A program made the position numbers and the translations under genes. Source: Bacteroidota bacterium (GTDB taxonomy: Bacteria; Bacteroidota; Bacteroidia; UBA7662; CANHCV01). Taken from it: a DNA stretch of 64,000 bases. Numbering within the stretch: the first letter of the stretch is position 1; each line of letters starts with the position of its first letter. Positions 1-9,730 of the stretch are shown in pieces. The DNA lies in assembly GCA_947501265.1 (NCBI GenBank), contig CANMVY010000002.1, forward strand, positions 226,859 through 290,858, given 5' to 3'. The notes under the pieces were generated by a model. The model ran no database searches. It saw nothing but the letters and a program-made list of their open reading frames with translations, and had not been told where the DNA came from.

Positions 1-159
1 TTCCTTAACTTCAAACGACTTTTTTCGAAGGCTATCTGTTGATGACTTTTTTTTTGTCGTTGTCGTTCTTCCCCGTCCATCTTCGAAATCTTGCGAAAAC
101 AAGGATGAAGAAAACAGGAGGAAAAATGCGGTTAGAAGGGAAAATTTAATGCAATTCAT
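1..159 (-). CDS. Secreted/outer-membrane protein, N-terminal fragment (runs off the left edge)
   Basis: Manual translation, not in the ORF track: MNCIKFSLLTAFFLLFSSSLFS|QDFEDGRG... Sec signal peptide ending before Gln; start overlaps the 3' end of the MBL gene. Confidence 0.7.
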   Translation of the reverse strand, partial: MNCIKFSLLTAFFLLFSSSLFSQDFEDGRGRTTTTKKKSSTDSLRKKSFEVKE

Positions 160-1570
160 ACACATCATTTTTTGAAGGAATTTCAATGGATGAAAATCCG
201 ATTTCTTTTAAGGACGCAGATAATTGTTCCATGGAGGGCTCTTCACCGTGAACCAGGAAAACTTGTTTTAACTCTTGTGAATTTTGATGTTGAACAAAAC
301 GAATCAAATCGGCTTGATCACCGTGTCCTGAAAACAGACTGGTAGAAAGGATTCGAGCGCGAACTTGGTACGTTTTCTTGTCAAAATGAAGCTCTTTCGG
401 TTGTTCGCGCAACTTTGCTCCCAACGTTCCCGGAGAGGCAAAGCCCACCATTAAAATGGTCGCATTCGGGTTTTCGATGTTTTTCCGAATGTGGGTTTGA
501 ATTCTTCCACCGTCCAACATCCCCGAGGCCGAAATGATGATGGCTGGCTCGTCGAACTGCGACAAAATTTTGCTTTGTTTTTCGTTTTCGATGTAAAAGA
601 GCTGATCGAAAATAAAAATTTCGCCATCCACTTTTTGTATCTCTCGGGCTTCTTTATTGAGGTAATTGTGCATTTGTTGGTATGCCTTGGTCGACTCTAA
701 GGAAAGGGGGCTATCCACAAAAACCTTGATTTCGGGAATGAGACCCAGGGTAACCATCTTTTTTATTTCAAAAAGTAAGGCCTGGGTTCGTCCAACTGAA
801 AATGCTGGGATGATCAATCGGCCGCCCTTCTCTACACATGTTTCTTTGATGATTTTGGAGAGGTAGCCCGTGTAATCTCTTCCGGGTTCGTGCATGCGGC
901 CTCCGTACGTTGACTCGGTTACGAGGTAATCTACGGCTTCCATGGGTTCTGGATCAACCAGGAGCGGGTAATAATCGCGACCAATATCTCCAGATAATCC
1001 GATTCGCGTTTCCGACCCGTCTTCTCGTTTAAGGTACATTACCACGTGTGCGGCTCCCAACAAGTGTCCGGCTGGGATAAACTTGATGGCTACGTTGGGG
1101 GCTATTTTATGGCGAACGTTGAAATTTAAAGTTGAAAATTGCTTCATGGTTTGCACCACTTGCGGTTCCAAGTAGAGTGATTCGTAGGCTTGTTTGTTCA
1201 AACCTGGCCCCCTCTTCCCTGCTCTCTTCCCTGATAATGAAGCAATTTTCTTTCGATTGATCCCTGCACAATCCATCAAAAGCAAGTGTGTGAGGTAATA
1301 CGTTGGTACCGTGGAAAAAATCTTTCCTTCAAAGCCCCATCGTTTTAATAGAGGCAAGTTCCCCGAGTGATCGATGTGGGCATGGGTTAAAACAACGGCG
1401 TGAATTTCAGAAGGATCGAAAGGAAACTCAACAGGAGACACGTTTTCTTTCTTCCGTTTCTCCATATCCATTCCACAATCTACCAATATTTTTACTCCAT
1501 CGTTCTCAACCAGAAATAAGGAACCTGTAACTTGTTTTGCAGCACCTAAAAATGAAATTGTTCTCTTCAT
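146..1570 (-). CDS. MBL-fold metallo-hydrolase, beta-CASP RNA-processing nuclease family
   Basis: THAHIDHSG metal motif, AGHLLG, ESTYG, PAFSVGRTQ, ASGML, FSGHGD, VHGE. Confidence 0.9.
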   Translation of the reverse strand: MKRTISFLGAAKQVTGSLFLVENDGVKILVDCGMDMEKRKKENVSPVEFPFDPSEIHAVVLTHAHIDHSGNLPLLKRWGFEGKIFSTVPTYYLTHLLLMDCAGINRKKIASLSGKRAGKRGPGLNKQAYESLYLEPQVVQTMKQFSTLNFNVRHKIAPNVAIKFIPAGHLLGAAHVVMYLKREDGSETRIGLSGDIGRDYYPLLVDPEPMEAVDYLVTESTYGGRMHEPGRDYTGYLSKIIKETCVEKGGRLIIPAFSVGRTQALLFEIKKMVTLGLIPEIKVFVDSPLSLESTKAYQQMHNYLNKEAREIQKVDGEIFIFDQLFYIENEKQSKILSQFDEPAIIISASGMLDGGRIQTHIRKNIENPNATILMVGFASPGTLGAKLREQPKELHFDKKTYQVRARILSTSLFSGHGDQADLIRFVQHQNSQELKQVFLVHGEEPSMEQLSASLKEIGFSSIEIPSKNDVYELH

Positions 1571-1602
1571 AAATTTTACGAAAATACAACCATTTTGGCA
1601 AG

Positions 1603-2166
1603 ATGTTGTTTGTAATTTTGATGATCATGAATAATCGAATTCACCGCTCGCGTTTTTTCAAGCAATCCTTCCAAAGTTGGAAACAAGCTGGTTTATTTCG
1701 AGCCTTGCTTTCCAAAATGGAATTTCGATACGTAAGTTTGTTGGAAGGGAATCCATACGAAATCGTTCATTCCGTTAGAAACGAAGAAATTCAATTTATT
1801 TTTGAATTCAACGATGTTTTTGGTCAAGGTGATTTTCTGCTTGAATACCTTTCTGAAATGGTAAAAAAAGAGGGTTTTTCCATTTACCAATCGCATACGT
1901 TCAAACAAGCATCCGAAAACTTTGGATTTGAATTGATGGAACGAATGGTTTTAAATCGTTCAAAATGGAAATGGATTCCTTGGATCGCCTTTAAAGATGC
2001 CGAAACGTTAATCTTTACGCTTTCAGTTGGACATCAAAATGGACGTTTAAGCATCAAACATCAATCGAAGGTGAAGAATCCTCGATTTAAAAACGCCCTC
2101 AATGCGGTGGCTTGGTTGTTGGAAAAACAATCGGCTAAAGCCTCAAAATTTCGTTTTGTAAAATGA
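1603..2166 (+). CDS. Hypothetical protein (true start probably 1621 or 1627)
   Basis: Fills the gap between the divergent MBL gene and a terminator; TAATTTTG -7 element at 1613-1620; no recognisable motif. Confidence 0.6.
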   Translation: MLFVILMIMNNRIHRSRFFKQSFQSWKQAGLFRALLSKMEFRYVSLLEGNPYEIVHSVRNEEIQFIFEFNDVFGQGDFLLEYLSEMVKKEGFSIYQSHTFKQASENFGFELMERMVLNRSKWKWIPWIAFKDAETLIFTLSVGHQNGRLSIKHQSKVKNPRFKNALNAVAWLLEKQSAKASKFRFVK

Positions 2167-2201
2167 AAAAGCCCCCCGAAAAAATTCGGAGGGCTTTTTT
2201 T
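2166..2201. terminator. Bidirectional intrinsic terminator
   Basis: AAAAAGCCCCCCGAA-AAAA-TTCGGAGGGCTTTTTT between convergent genes. Confidence 0.85.
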
Positions 2202-2202
2202 A

Positions 2203-3726
2203 TTATTTAACCTCTTGCATCAGCTTCCTTATGATAGGCGAAATTGCTATTAATACAACTCCAGCAATAATTGCATACAAACCAAATTGTTTATAACCTT
2301 CTGTGTAAGTATTCAACTTGTCTAAGTTTGAAGCATTTTGAACATCAGAAACGATACTTGCACCGAATAAACCCGCAACATATTGTCCATAAGCACTGGC
2401 TAAGAACCACATGCCCATCATTAATCCTTGTAATTTTTTGGGAGAAAGTTTGGTCATAATTGAAAGACCAATTGGTGACAAACAAAGTTCACCCAACGTT
2501 ACAATAAAATATGCTAGTGTAAACATATCTAAGGAAGTCATTCCTTGGATATCAGCAAAAAATCGAGTCGCAAAAAAAGTGTAAAAGGAGAGTCCTAAAA
2601 ACAAAAAAGCGACACCAAATTTCACAACGGTGTTTGGTTCAATTTTCTTCTTCGCCATCGCCAGCCAAATCAACCCAATAATCGGAGCAAAAATGATGAC
2701 AAATAAAGAATTGGCTGCGTTGTTCACACCGTTAGGATCGAGCGTAAAAGCTCCCAAGAGCTGATCATGAACGTGATTGGCAGCGAAAATACTTAATGAT
2801 CCACCGGCTTGTTCGAAAATAGCCCAAAAGACCACTGAAAACAAAATAAAACACAAGGCTGCAATGAGCTTTTTATTTTCATTGATGGTAGTAGATCTCA
2901 TTTCCCACAACAAGTACAGCAAACTGAATGGCCCAATGAAATACATAAACCAATCGGTGTATTCGGTATTGGCAACCATTTTCATGATCAAGGGAATGGC
3001 AAGGAGAGACCCAGCGAAAACAGAAATTTCAGCAATTCCCTTCTTCTTGGGTGTTCCATCAGCGTGGGTTCTTACGGGAGGCAAGCCGATGGGTCCTAAT
3101 GATTTTCTTGTGAAAACAAACGTAATAAGGCTAATAGTCATCAAAACAGACACAACACCGAAAGCCATGTTCCAGCGTAAATCGGCTGGAATGCTGTTTT
3201 CCATGAACGTACCTTTTCCGATTGCGATACAAAAATATCCTCCTAAAAGTGCACCAATATTGATTCCTGAATAGAATAAGGAAAAACCGGCATCTCTGCG
3301 TTCGTCTCCATCGCGGTACAAAGCACCCACCATGGTAGAAATATTGGGTTTAAAAAATCCAGAACCTACAATATTGAAGCTAATTCCTAGGAAAAAGAAT
3401 TTTTCCGGATCAATCGCAAGGATAACACTCCCCAATACCATCAAAATTCCACCCCAAAACAGCGACCGTTGAAATCCTAAGATTTTGTCAGCAAAGAGCC
3501 CACCAATAAACGTAAAAGCATATACAAACGCCTGAGTAGCACCGTATTGAAGGTTGGCTACTTTATCGTCCATAAACAGCTGGTTGATCATGAAAAAGGT
3601 TAACATTCCACGCATTCCATAGAAGCTGAAACGTTCCCACATTTCACTAAAAAACAAGTACCACAATTGCTTGGGGTACTTGCCTTTAAAATTTTGAATA
3701 TCGGCTAATGCCTGATTTGATTCCAC
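2203..3726 (-). CDS. POT/PTR2 family proton-dependent oligopeptide MFS transporter
   Basis: EMWERFSFYG (ExxERFxYY-type), GSGFFKPNIS, FEQAG, GELCLSPIG; about 14 TM segments. Confidence 0.93.
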   Translation of the reverse strand: MESNQALADIQNFKGKYPKQLWYLFFSEMWERFSFYGMRGMLTFFMINQLFMDDKVANLQYGATQAFVYAFTFIGGLFADKILGFQRSLFWGGILMVLGSVILAIDPEKFFFLGISFNIVGSGFFKPNISTMVGALYRDGDERRDAGFSLFYSGINIGALLGGYFCIAIGKGTFMENSIPADLRWNMAFGVVSVLMTISLITFVFTRKSLGPIGLPPVRTHADGTPKKKGIAEISVFAGSLLAIPLIMKMVANTEYTDWFMYFIGPFSLLYLLWEMRSTTINENKKLIAALCFILFSVVFWAIFEQAGGSLSIFAANHVHDQLLGAFTLDPNGVNNAANSLFVIIFAPIIGLIWLAMAKKKIEPNTVVKFGVAFLFLGLSFYTFFATRFFADIQGMTSLDMFTLAYFIVTLGELCLSPIGLSIMTKLSPKKLQGLMMGMWFLASAYGQYVAGLFGASIVSDVQNASNLDKLNTYTEGYKQFGLYAIIAGVVLIAISPIIRKLMQEVK

Positions 3727-3741
3727 TATTTTGCGATTAGA

Positions 3742-5457
3742 TTATTGAACGTTGTTTTCTTTCATTACGCTATTCAACCACTTCAACATAAAGAACAACA
3801 ACATTGCAGCGCCCAAAACCAAGCCGAAGTTTAGGTAAAAGAAATCTTTTTTATCATCCATGCCTTCCCACAAACTGGAAAGCATACCGGAAAGTTTATT
3901 TCCAACTGAAATAGCTAAGAAATAACCACCCATCATCAAAGCAGTAATACGCGGTGGAGAAAGTTTAGAAACCAAAGAGAGGCCCATTGGAGACAAACAA
4001 AGTTCACCAATGGTAATTACACCATACGATGCAATGAGCCACAAAGAACTCGCTTTGGTTGATAAGTCGTGGCTGGCAGAAACCGCACCAACCATTACCA
4101 ACGCTGAAAGAGCTGTAATGATCAAACCGATTGCAATTTTCGTTGGGGTACTTGGCTCTTTCTTTTTTCGAGCTAACCATCCAAAAATACCCACAACTAC
4201 CGGAGTCAAGACAACTACCCAAAATGGGTTGATTGATTGATACAATTCTGTAGAATATAATTTCAAATTAGATCCATTGGCAGGGATTTGATCCTTGGGC
4301 AAAGTCTCAAAATATTTACGAGATTTTTCCAGTTGGCCTACTTGGTTACTGAATTCGCCTTTTGCTTTAATTTCTTCAACGGAAACGGCTGGCATGACTT
4401 CTTCTTGAGCGCGCATTTTTCCAATTTCTGCATCAAAAGTAGCTTGATCAGCAGATACCAAATCATTGTTTACAACCACCTGAGCCATTCCCATTTTGTC
4501 GGCAACTTGAGCAACACCTTCCGACATTTTTCGATCGGTATGATCTTCAGCCCAAACGGTTAGGGCGTCTCCATTTTGATGAAAAATAGCGAAGAATAAA
4601 ATAACGCAAGTAAATACAGCTAGAAGTGCTTTAATGGCACGGCTTTCTTTAACTTCTGATTTGAAAGCCAAATAAATAAAGAAACCGATTACGGGTAAAC
4701 AACCAATGATAAATGCATCATTGGTATCTGAACCCAAGAAATTTCCTGGAAGAGCATAACCAATGGCACCAAACACAAACATGGGTAAAACGGTCATCAT
4801 CAAAATACGACCGGTAGACATATCACCATCCTTGGTTGGTTTTACGATATCTACATGTTTGATGTGTTTTGAACCGGAGATAAAAACAAGTACTCCAATA
4901 ATCATTCCCACACCTGCGGCTGCGAAAGCGAATCCCCATCCGTAGTTGATACGCATGTAGGCAGCAACGAAATTGCAGATAAATGCACCTAGGTTAATTC
5001 CCATGTAGAAAATGTTGAAACCCGCGTCTTTTTTATCTTTTAAATCATCGCCACTGTAAAGGTTTCCAACCAAAGTAGAAATATTTGGTTTGAAAAATCC
5101 ATTTCCCAGAATAATTAACAACAGGGCAATGTAAAAGGTGGTGTTGCTATGAACAGCCAATAAGAAATAACCAGCTGCCATCATCAAACCACCGGAAATA
5201 ATTGACCTGCGGTAACCCAAAATTCGGTCGGCCAATAATCCGCCAATAAATGGAGTTAAATACACCAAACCGAGATAGGTTCCATAGATGTCAGATTTTT
5301 TACCGGGGCTAAATCCCATTCCTCCGTTATTCCATCCATCAAGCATGTACAAGGAGAAAATTCCCAACATCAAATAATAACCGAAACGTTCCCACATTTC
5401 CGTTAGAAACAGTACCCATAGTCCTTTGGGGTGCGATTTTGAGTTTGTGTTTACCAT
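3742..5457 (-). CDS. POT/PTR2 family oligopeptide transporter with a large hydrophilic loop insertion
   Basis: EMWERFGYY, GNGFFKPNIS, QSINP, GELCLSPMG. Confidence 0.93.
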   Translation of the reverse strand: MVNTNSKSHPKGLWVLFLTEMWERFGYYLMLGIFSLYMLDGWNNGGMGFSPGKKSDIYGTYLGLVYLTPFIGGLLADRILGYRRSIISGGLMMAAGYFLLAVHSNTTFYIALLLIILGNGFFKPNISTLVGNLYSGDDLKDKKDAGFNIFYMGINLGAFICNFVAAYMRINYGWGFAFAAAGVGMIIGVLVFISGSKHIKHVDIVKPTKDGDMSTGRILMMTVLPMFVFGAIGYALPGNFLGSDTNDAFIIGCLPVIGFFIYLAFKSEVKESRAIKALLAVFTCVILFFAIFHQNGDALTVWAEDHTDRKMSEGVAQVADKMGMAQVVVNNDLVSADQATFDAEIGKMRAQEEVMPAVSVEEIKAKGEFSNQVGQLEKSRKYFETLPKDQIPANGSNLKLYSTELYQSINPFWVVVLTPVVVGIFGWLARKKKEPSTPTKIAIGLIITALSALVMVGAVSASHDLSTKASSLWLIASYGVITIGELCLSPMGLSLVSKLSPPRITALMMGGYFLAISVGNKLSGMLSSLWEGMDDKKDFFYLNFGLVLGAAMLLFFMLKWLNSVMKENNVQ

Positions 5458-5542
5458 AGTTTAGTTTTTCATGATTAAGCAAAATGAATTGCCCGAATTG
5501 GTTTTAAAAGTCCAAGATAGTACTTTTTGCGGTTTCTTTAAA

Positions 5543-6400
5543 TCACTGTTTTTCCACCACGGTGTAACCCGCTTCTCGAAGTAAAGCCACTAAACCATGA
5601 GAGCCACCGAGATGGCCGGCCCCAACTGCGATGAAAACCGACTTCTTTTTCATCAGGGCCGGAAGCGTTTTCATCCAATTGCGGTTGCGCTGAAACAGCA
5701 TTTTTTCTAAGTCCATCTTGATTTCATCCGATTGCTCGATGAACTTCGCTATGGAATCAATGTTACCCTGGGCGAAAACCGTTTGCAGTTCATCCCAATC
5801 TTGTTGGGCCTTCTTTCTATTCGTTCCCATTTCCCAAAGTGATCGCACAGCTTCCGAATCGGGCATGGAGAACAGAATGTTGGCTTGCTCGGAAGCCGTT
5901 TCTAATCCAATAACCCGAATTTTGAGGGAATCGGCAACTTCCATCAAAATGGTTTCCGAGCCTTTGGGTTTGGAACATGGAAGAAGTTTTGCGGCCAATA
6001 GCGACGTCGTCATCATGGGATGAAAGCGTTCCAAGGCCGCAACATCCAACTGATACTGTTGTTGAACTTCCTTTTTAAATTCAAAATACCGAGCTCCCAT
6101 CAATCGATCCAGCGAACGCTCTTTCGGAACAATGGCTTTGGTAGTGATTTTTATTTGTTCCGACACTTTTTTCAAGTTCATCTCCAAAACCAATGCCTCC
6201 GTTTTCAACAAATAAGATCTGAAATTAGCCGGCACCAATTTTGATTCCTCGCATCCCAAATGCATGGTTCCCATTAAATAGGATGTCGTTTTTAATCCGT
6301 TTCCCGATATTTCAAAAATGGGGGTTTGCGCTTTTCCTAGGAAGGAAACAAAAAGAGCGAAGAATAACTCCTTCGCTCTTTTAAAGAAAATCGATTTCAT
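5543..6400 (-). CDS. TraB/GumN (Tiki-like) family secreted protein
   Basis: SYLMGTMH, GLET, RNRNW, VGAGHLGG motifs; signal peptide. Confidence 0.85.
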   Translation of the reverse strand: MKSIFFKRAKELFFALFVSFLGKAQTPIFEISGNGLKTTSYLMGTMHLGCEESKLVPANFRSYLLKTEALVLEMNLKKVSEQIKITTKAIVPKERSLDRLMGARYFEFKKEVQQQYQLDVAALERFHPMMTTSLLAAKLLPCSKPKGSETILMEVADSLKIRVIGLETASEQANILFSMPDSEAVRSLWEMGTNRKKAQQDWDELQTVFAQGNIDSIAKFIEQSDEIKMDLEKMLFQRNRNWMKTLPALMKKKSVFIAVGAGHLGGSHGLVALLREAGYTVVEKQ

Positions 6401-7578
6401 TAACGGAAAGCGGAAATTCCAGTGATATCCATTCCGGTAATCAACAAGTGAATGTCGTGCGTTCCTTCGTAAGTAACCACCGATTCCAAGTTCATCATAT
6501 GACGCATAATCGGGTACTCACCGGTAATTCCCATTCCGCCGTGAATTTGGCGAGCTTCGCGAGCGATCCACATGGCTTTTTCCACGTTATTGCGCTTAGC
6601 CATGGAAATTTGTGCCGTTGATGCACGGTCATCGTTTTTCAAGGTACCAAGACGCCAAACCAACAATTGCATTTTGGTAATTTCGGTCACCATTTCGGCC
6701 AATTTCTTCTGTTGCAATTGGAAAGAAGCAATGGGCTTTCCGAACTGTTCGCGCTGCAAAGAGTATTTCAAAGCGCTATCGTAACAATCCATAGCCGCTC
6801 CAACAACGCCCCAAGCGATTCCGAAACGAGCAGAATCCAAGCAGCCCAAAGGACCTTTCAATCCTTCAATGTTGGGCAGAAGATTTTCCTTTGGAACCTT
6901 CACGTTATCAAACACCAATTCTCCAGTAGCGGAGGCGCGAAGCGACCATTTGTTGTGGGTTTCTGGCGTTGAAAAGCCTTCCATTCCACGCTCAACAATA
7001 ATTCCTTTGATGCGACCTTCTTCATTTTTTGCCCAAACTACGGCGATATCTGCAAAAGGTGCGTTTGAAATCCACATTTTAGCACCATTAAGCAAATAAT
7101 GATCTCCCATGTCTTTGTAGTTGGTGGTCATGCCACCAGGATTTGAACCGTGGTCGGGTTCGGTAAGTCCGAAACAACCCATCCATTCTCCGGAAGCAAG
7201 TTTAGGAAGATACTTTTTGCGTTGTTCTTCAGAACCGTATTTGTAGATGGGATACATCACCAAAGAACCTTGAACTGAAGCGGTTGAACGAATGCCGGAG
7301 TCGCATCTTTCCAACTCTTGCATGATCAATCCGTAAGTAATTTGATCCATTCCACCGCAACCGTATTCGGCAGGTAGAGCAGGTCCAAATGCACCAATTT
7401 CTCCTAATCCCTTGATGATGTGACGAGGAAACTCTGCGCGCTGGGCGTAGTCTTCGATGATGGGAGAAATTTCTTTTTTTACCCAAGCCCGAACAGAATC
7501 GCGAATCAACTTATGTTCATCGGTTAACAGTTCGTCCAACAAGTAATAATCGGGTGCTTCGAAATTATCGGTTCTCAT
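6400..7578 (-). CDS. gcdH: Acyl-CoA dehydrogenase, glutaryl-CoA dehydrogenase type
   Basis: ERCDSGIRS, GCFGLTEPDHGS, NLESVVTYEGTHDIH; start moved to ATG 7578, downstream of a TATTTTTG element. Confidence 0.85.
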   Translation of the reverse strand: MRTDNFEAPDYYLLDELLTDEHKLIRDSVRAWVKKEISPIIEDYAQRAEFPRHIIKGLGEIGAFGPALPAEYGCGGMDQITYGLIMQELERCDSGIRSTASVQGSLVMYPIYKYGSEEQRKKYLPKLASGEWMGCFGLTEPDHGSNPGGMTTNYKDMGDHYLLNGAKMWISNAPFADIAVVWAKNEEGRIKGIIVERGMEGFSTPETHNKWSLRASATGELVFDNVKVPKENLLPNIEGLKGPLGCLDSARFGIAWGVVGAAMDCYDSALKYSLQREQFGKPIASFQLQQKKLAEMVTEITKMQLLVWRLGTLKNDDRASTAQISMAKRNNVEKAMWIAREARQIHGGMGITGEYPIMRHMMNLESVVTYEGTHDIHLLITGMDITGISAFR

Positions 7579-7648
7579 AATGAAAAGTTTTTGCAAAAAT
7601 AAAACGCACAATTGGCTTTTTGGTTCTTAAAAATCAAGAACTTTGAAC

Positions 7649-8005
7649 ATGAAAAAAACAGAATCGGTCTTGAGGGTCAAAGGACTTCGTTTTTTTGCCT
7701 TTCATGGTTTCTACCCTGAAGAGCAGAAATGTGGTGGATGGTTTGAGGTAGATGTTGATTTTTCTTTACCCATTGCCAACAGCATTAACGACGAATTAAC
7801 CTCTAGCATCAATTACGAAAGCATTTCTGCGATTACAAAAAGCCACATGGCTGTTCCTAAAAAAACCATTGAGGAAGTGGCTTTTTCCATCAAAAACTCC
7901 TATTTATCTCAATTCCTTCTTCTCCCCCAACAAGTTTTCGTAACCGTTCGTAAATTGCGACCAGCCATTCAAGGAATAGTAACAACAACTGAATTTACTG
8001 CATGA
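7649..8005 (+). CDS. folB: Dihydroneopterin aldolase
   Basis: FFAFHGFYPEEQ, SINYE, TIEEVA, VRK motifs; about 118 aa. Confidence 0.85.
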   Translation: MKKTESVLRVKGLRFFAFHGFYPEEQKCGGWFEVDVDFSLPIANSINDELTSSINYESISAITKSHMAVPKKTIEEVAFSIKNSYLSQFLLLPQQVFVTVRKLRPAIQGIVTTTEFTA

Positions 8006-8985
8006 ACCGCAAATCCTTTATCAAACTAGCCGGAATCGCTGGAGCCGGAATCGTTTCCAATTCCATTCCTCTTTTTGGGGAAAACAAAAAAAAGACCTCC
8101 AAATCCAATCATTCTTTTCCCATCGTGATTTCCACCTGGAACATGGGATTGGGTGCTAATGAAGGAGCTTGGAAAGTTCTCTCTTCCGGTGGAGATGCGC
8201 TTACAGCAGTAGAACAAGGCGTATGGATCCCAGAAGCCGATCCGAAAGAAATGACGGTGGGTTTGGGCGGATTCCCCGATCGGGAAGGCAGAGTTACCTT
8301 GGATGCATGTGTCATGCGGGGCGATGGCGCTTGCGGTGCCGTGCTCGCTTTGGAAAATATTGTTCATCCGGTTTCCGTAGCTCGGGCAGTAATGGAGAAA
8401 ACCCCGCACGTTATTCTTACTGGAGAAGGTGCATTTCAATTTGCTCTTCAACAAGGATTCAAAAAAGAAAACCTTCTTACTCCAGAATCGGAAAAAGCTT
8501 GGAAAGATTGGTTGAAAAAAAGCGAGTACAAACCCATCATCAACATTGAAAACCACGATACCATTGGCATGTTGGCCATTGACCAAGCTGGAAAATTGGC
8601 AGGCGCTTGTACTACGAGCGGCATGGCCTTCAAAATGAGAGGCCGCATTGGAGACTCGCCCATCATTGGATCCGGTTTATTTGTGGACGAAGAAGTGGGT
8701 GGCGCTACAGCAACCGGCCACGGAGAAGAAGTTATCCGCATTGCTGGAAGTCATTTGGTGGTAGAGTTAATGCGGCAAGGGAAATCTCCCGAAGCCGCTT
8801 GTAAAGAAGCCGTCGATCGGGTTTACAAACGACAAAAACATCGAATAAAAGACATTCAAGTTGGATTTATTGCCGTGAGTAAAGAAGGAGAATACGGCGC
8901 CTATTGCGTACACAAAGGATTTTCTTATGCGGTTAAAACGGCTCAAAAAACCGAACTTATCCCCGGTAAATACCTCATCGACTAA
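8002..8985 (+). CDS. N4-(beta-N-acetylglucosaminyl)-L-asparaginase (glycosylasparaginase, Ntn hydrolase)
   Basis: NHD|TIG autocleavage site, TTSG, GRIGDSPIIG, TGHGE; Tat-like N-terminus NRKSFIK. Confidence 0.9.
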   Translation: MNRKSFIKLAGIAGAGIVSNSIPLFGENKKKTSKSNHSFPIVISTWNMGLGANEGAWKVLSSGGDALTAVEQGVWIPEADPKEMTVGLGGFPDREGRVTLDACVMRGDGACGAVLALENIVHPVSVARAVMEKTPHVILTGEGAFQFALQQGFKKENLLTPESEKAWKDWLKKSEYKPIINIENHDTIGMLAIDQAGKLAGACTTSGMAFKMRGRIGDSPIIGSGLFVDEEVGGATATGHGEEVIRIAGSHLVVELMRQGKSPEAACKEAVDRVYKRQKHRIKDIQVGFIAVSKEGEYGAYCVHKGFSYAVKTAQKTELIPGKYLID

Positions 8986-9728
8986 TGATTGAGTTAGAAA
9001 TTTGCTCCAACGGAATTCGAAGTACCCAACAAGCCGCTTTGGGAGGAGCAAATCGGGTGGAATTGTGCGATAATTTGGGGGAAGGTGGAACTACTCCTTC
9101 CATTGGAACGGTAGAAATTTGCGCGAAAATTCCAAAAATCGAAATTTGGCCCATTCTACGTCCTAGAGGAGGAGATTTTTTCTACCTATCTGAAGAAAAA
9201 GAAAGCATGCTTCGGGATGTTTTCTACCTCAAAAATTTACCCATTCAAGGAATTGTAACCGGTGCTTTGTTGAGCAATGGAGAATTGGACATTGCTTTTT
9301 TAAAAGATTTGATGAAAGAAGCAGAACAATTGCCTTGGGCCTTCCACCGCGCCATTGACATGACCAAAAATCCAATGGATGCACTTGAACATTTGGCAAA
9401 TTTAGGTTTCAAGCGGGTTTTAAGTTCTGGCGGATTCAATAAAGCAGAGGATGGAATCACTCAATTGAAAGAATTTCATGTTCAATTTGGCAAAAGGATT
9501 CAAATTATGCCTGGTAGTGGGATTGACGAAACAAATGTTGCTAAAATTCTTAAAGAAACAGGATGCAAGCACATTCATGTTTCCCTACGAACGTCTGAAA
9601 AAAGTGAAATGACCTTCCAAAAAGAAGGCGTATTCATGGGAAAACCCGATTTTGGAGGCGAGTATTCTTACCAAAGAACGGATTCCGAACGGGTGAAAAA
9701 TATTCTATCTTTGACAAAAAATATTTAA
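8985..9728 (+). CDS. cutC: CutC family TIM-barrel protein ('copper homeostasis protein')
   Basis: ELEIC, GANRVELC, EGGTTPS, RPRGGDF, FHRAID, IMPGSG. Confidence 0.92.
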   Translation: MIELEICSNGIRSTQQAALGGANRVELCDNLGEGGTTPSIGTVEICAKIPKIEIWPILRPRGGDFFYLSEEKESMLRDVFYLKNLPIQGIVTGALLSNGELDIAFLKDLMKEAEQLPWAFHRAIDMTKNPMDALEHLANLGFKRVLSSGGFNKAEDGITQLKEFHVQFGKRIQIMPGSGIDETNVAKILKETGCKHIHVSLRTSEKSEMTFQKEGVFMGKPDFGGEYSYQRTDSERVKNILSLTKNI

Positions 9729-9730
9729 AC

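Noticed and set aside
1-80. Alternative minus-strand ORF MDGEERQRQ...
   Set aside because: The frame starting at 159 gives a convincing signal peptide and couples to the upstream gene
5543-6400. TraB name as evidence of a conjugative element
   Set aside because: TraB/GumN is a Tiki-like hydrolase family; no transfer genes nearby
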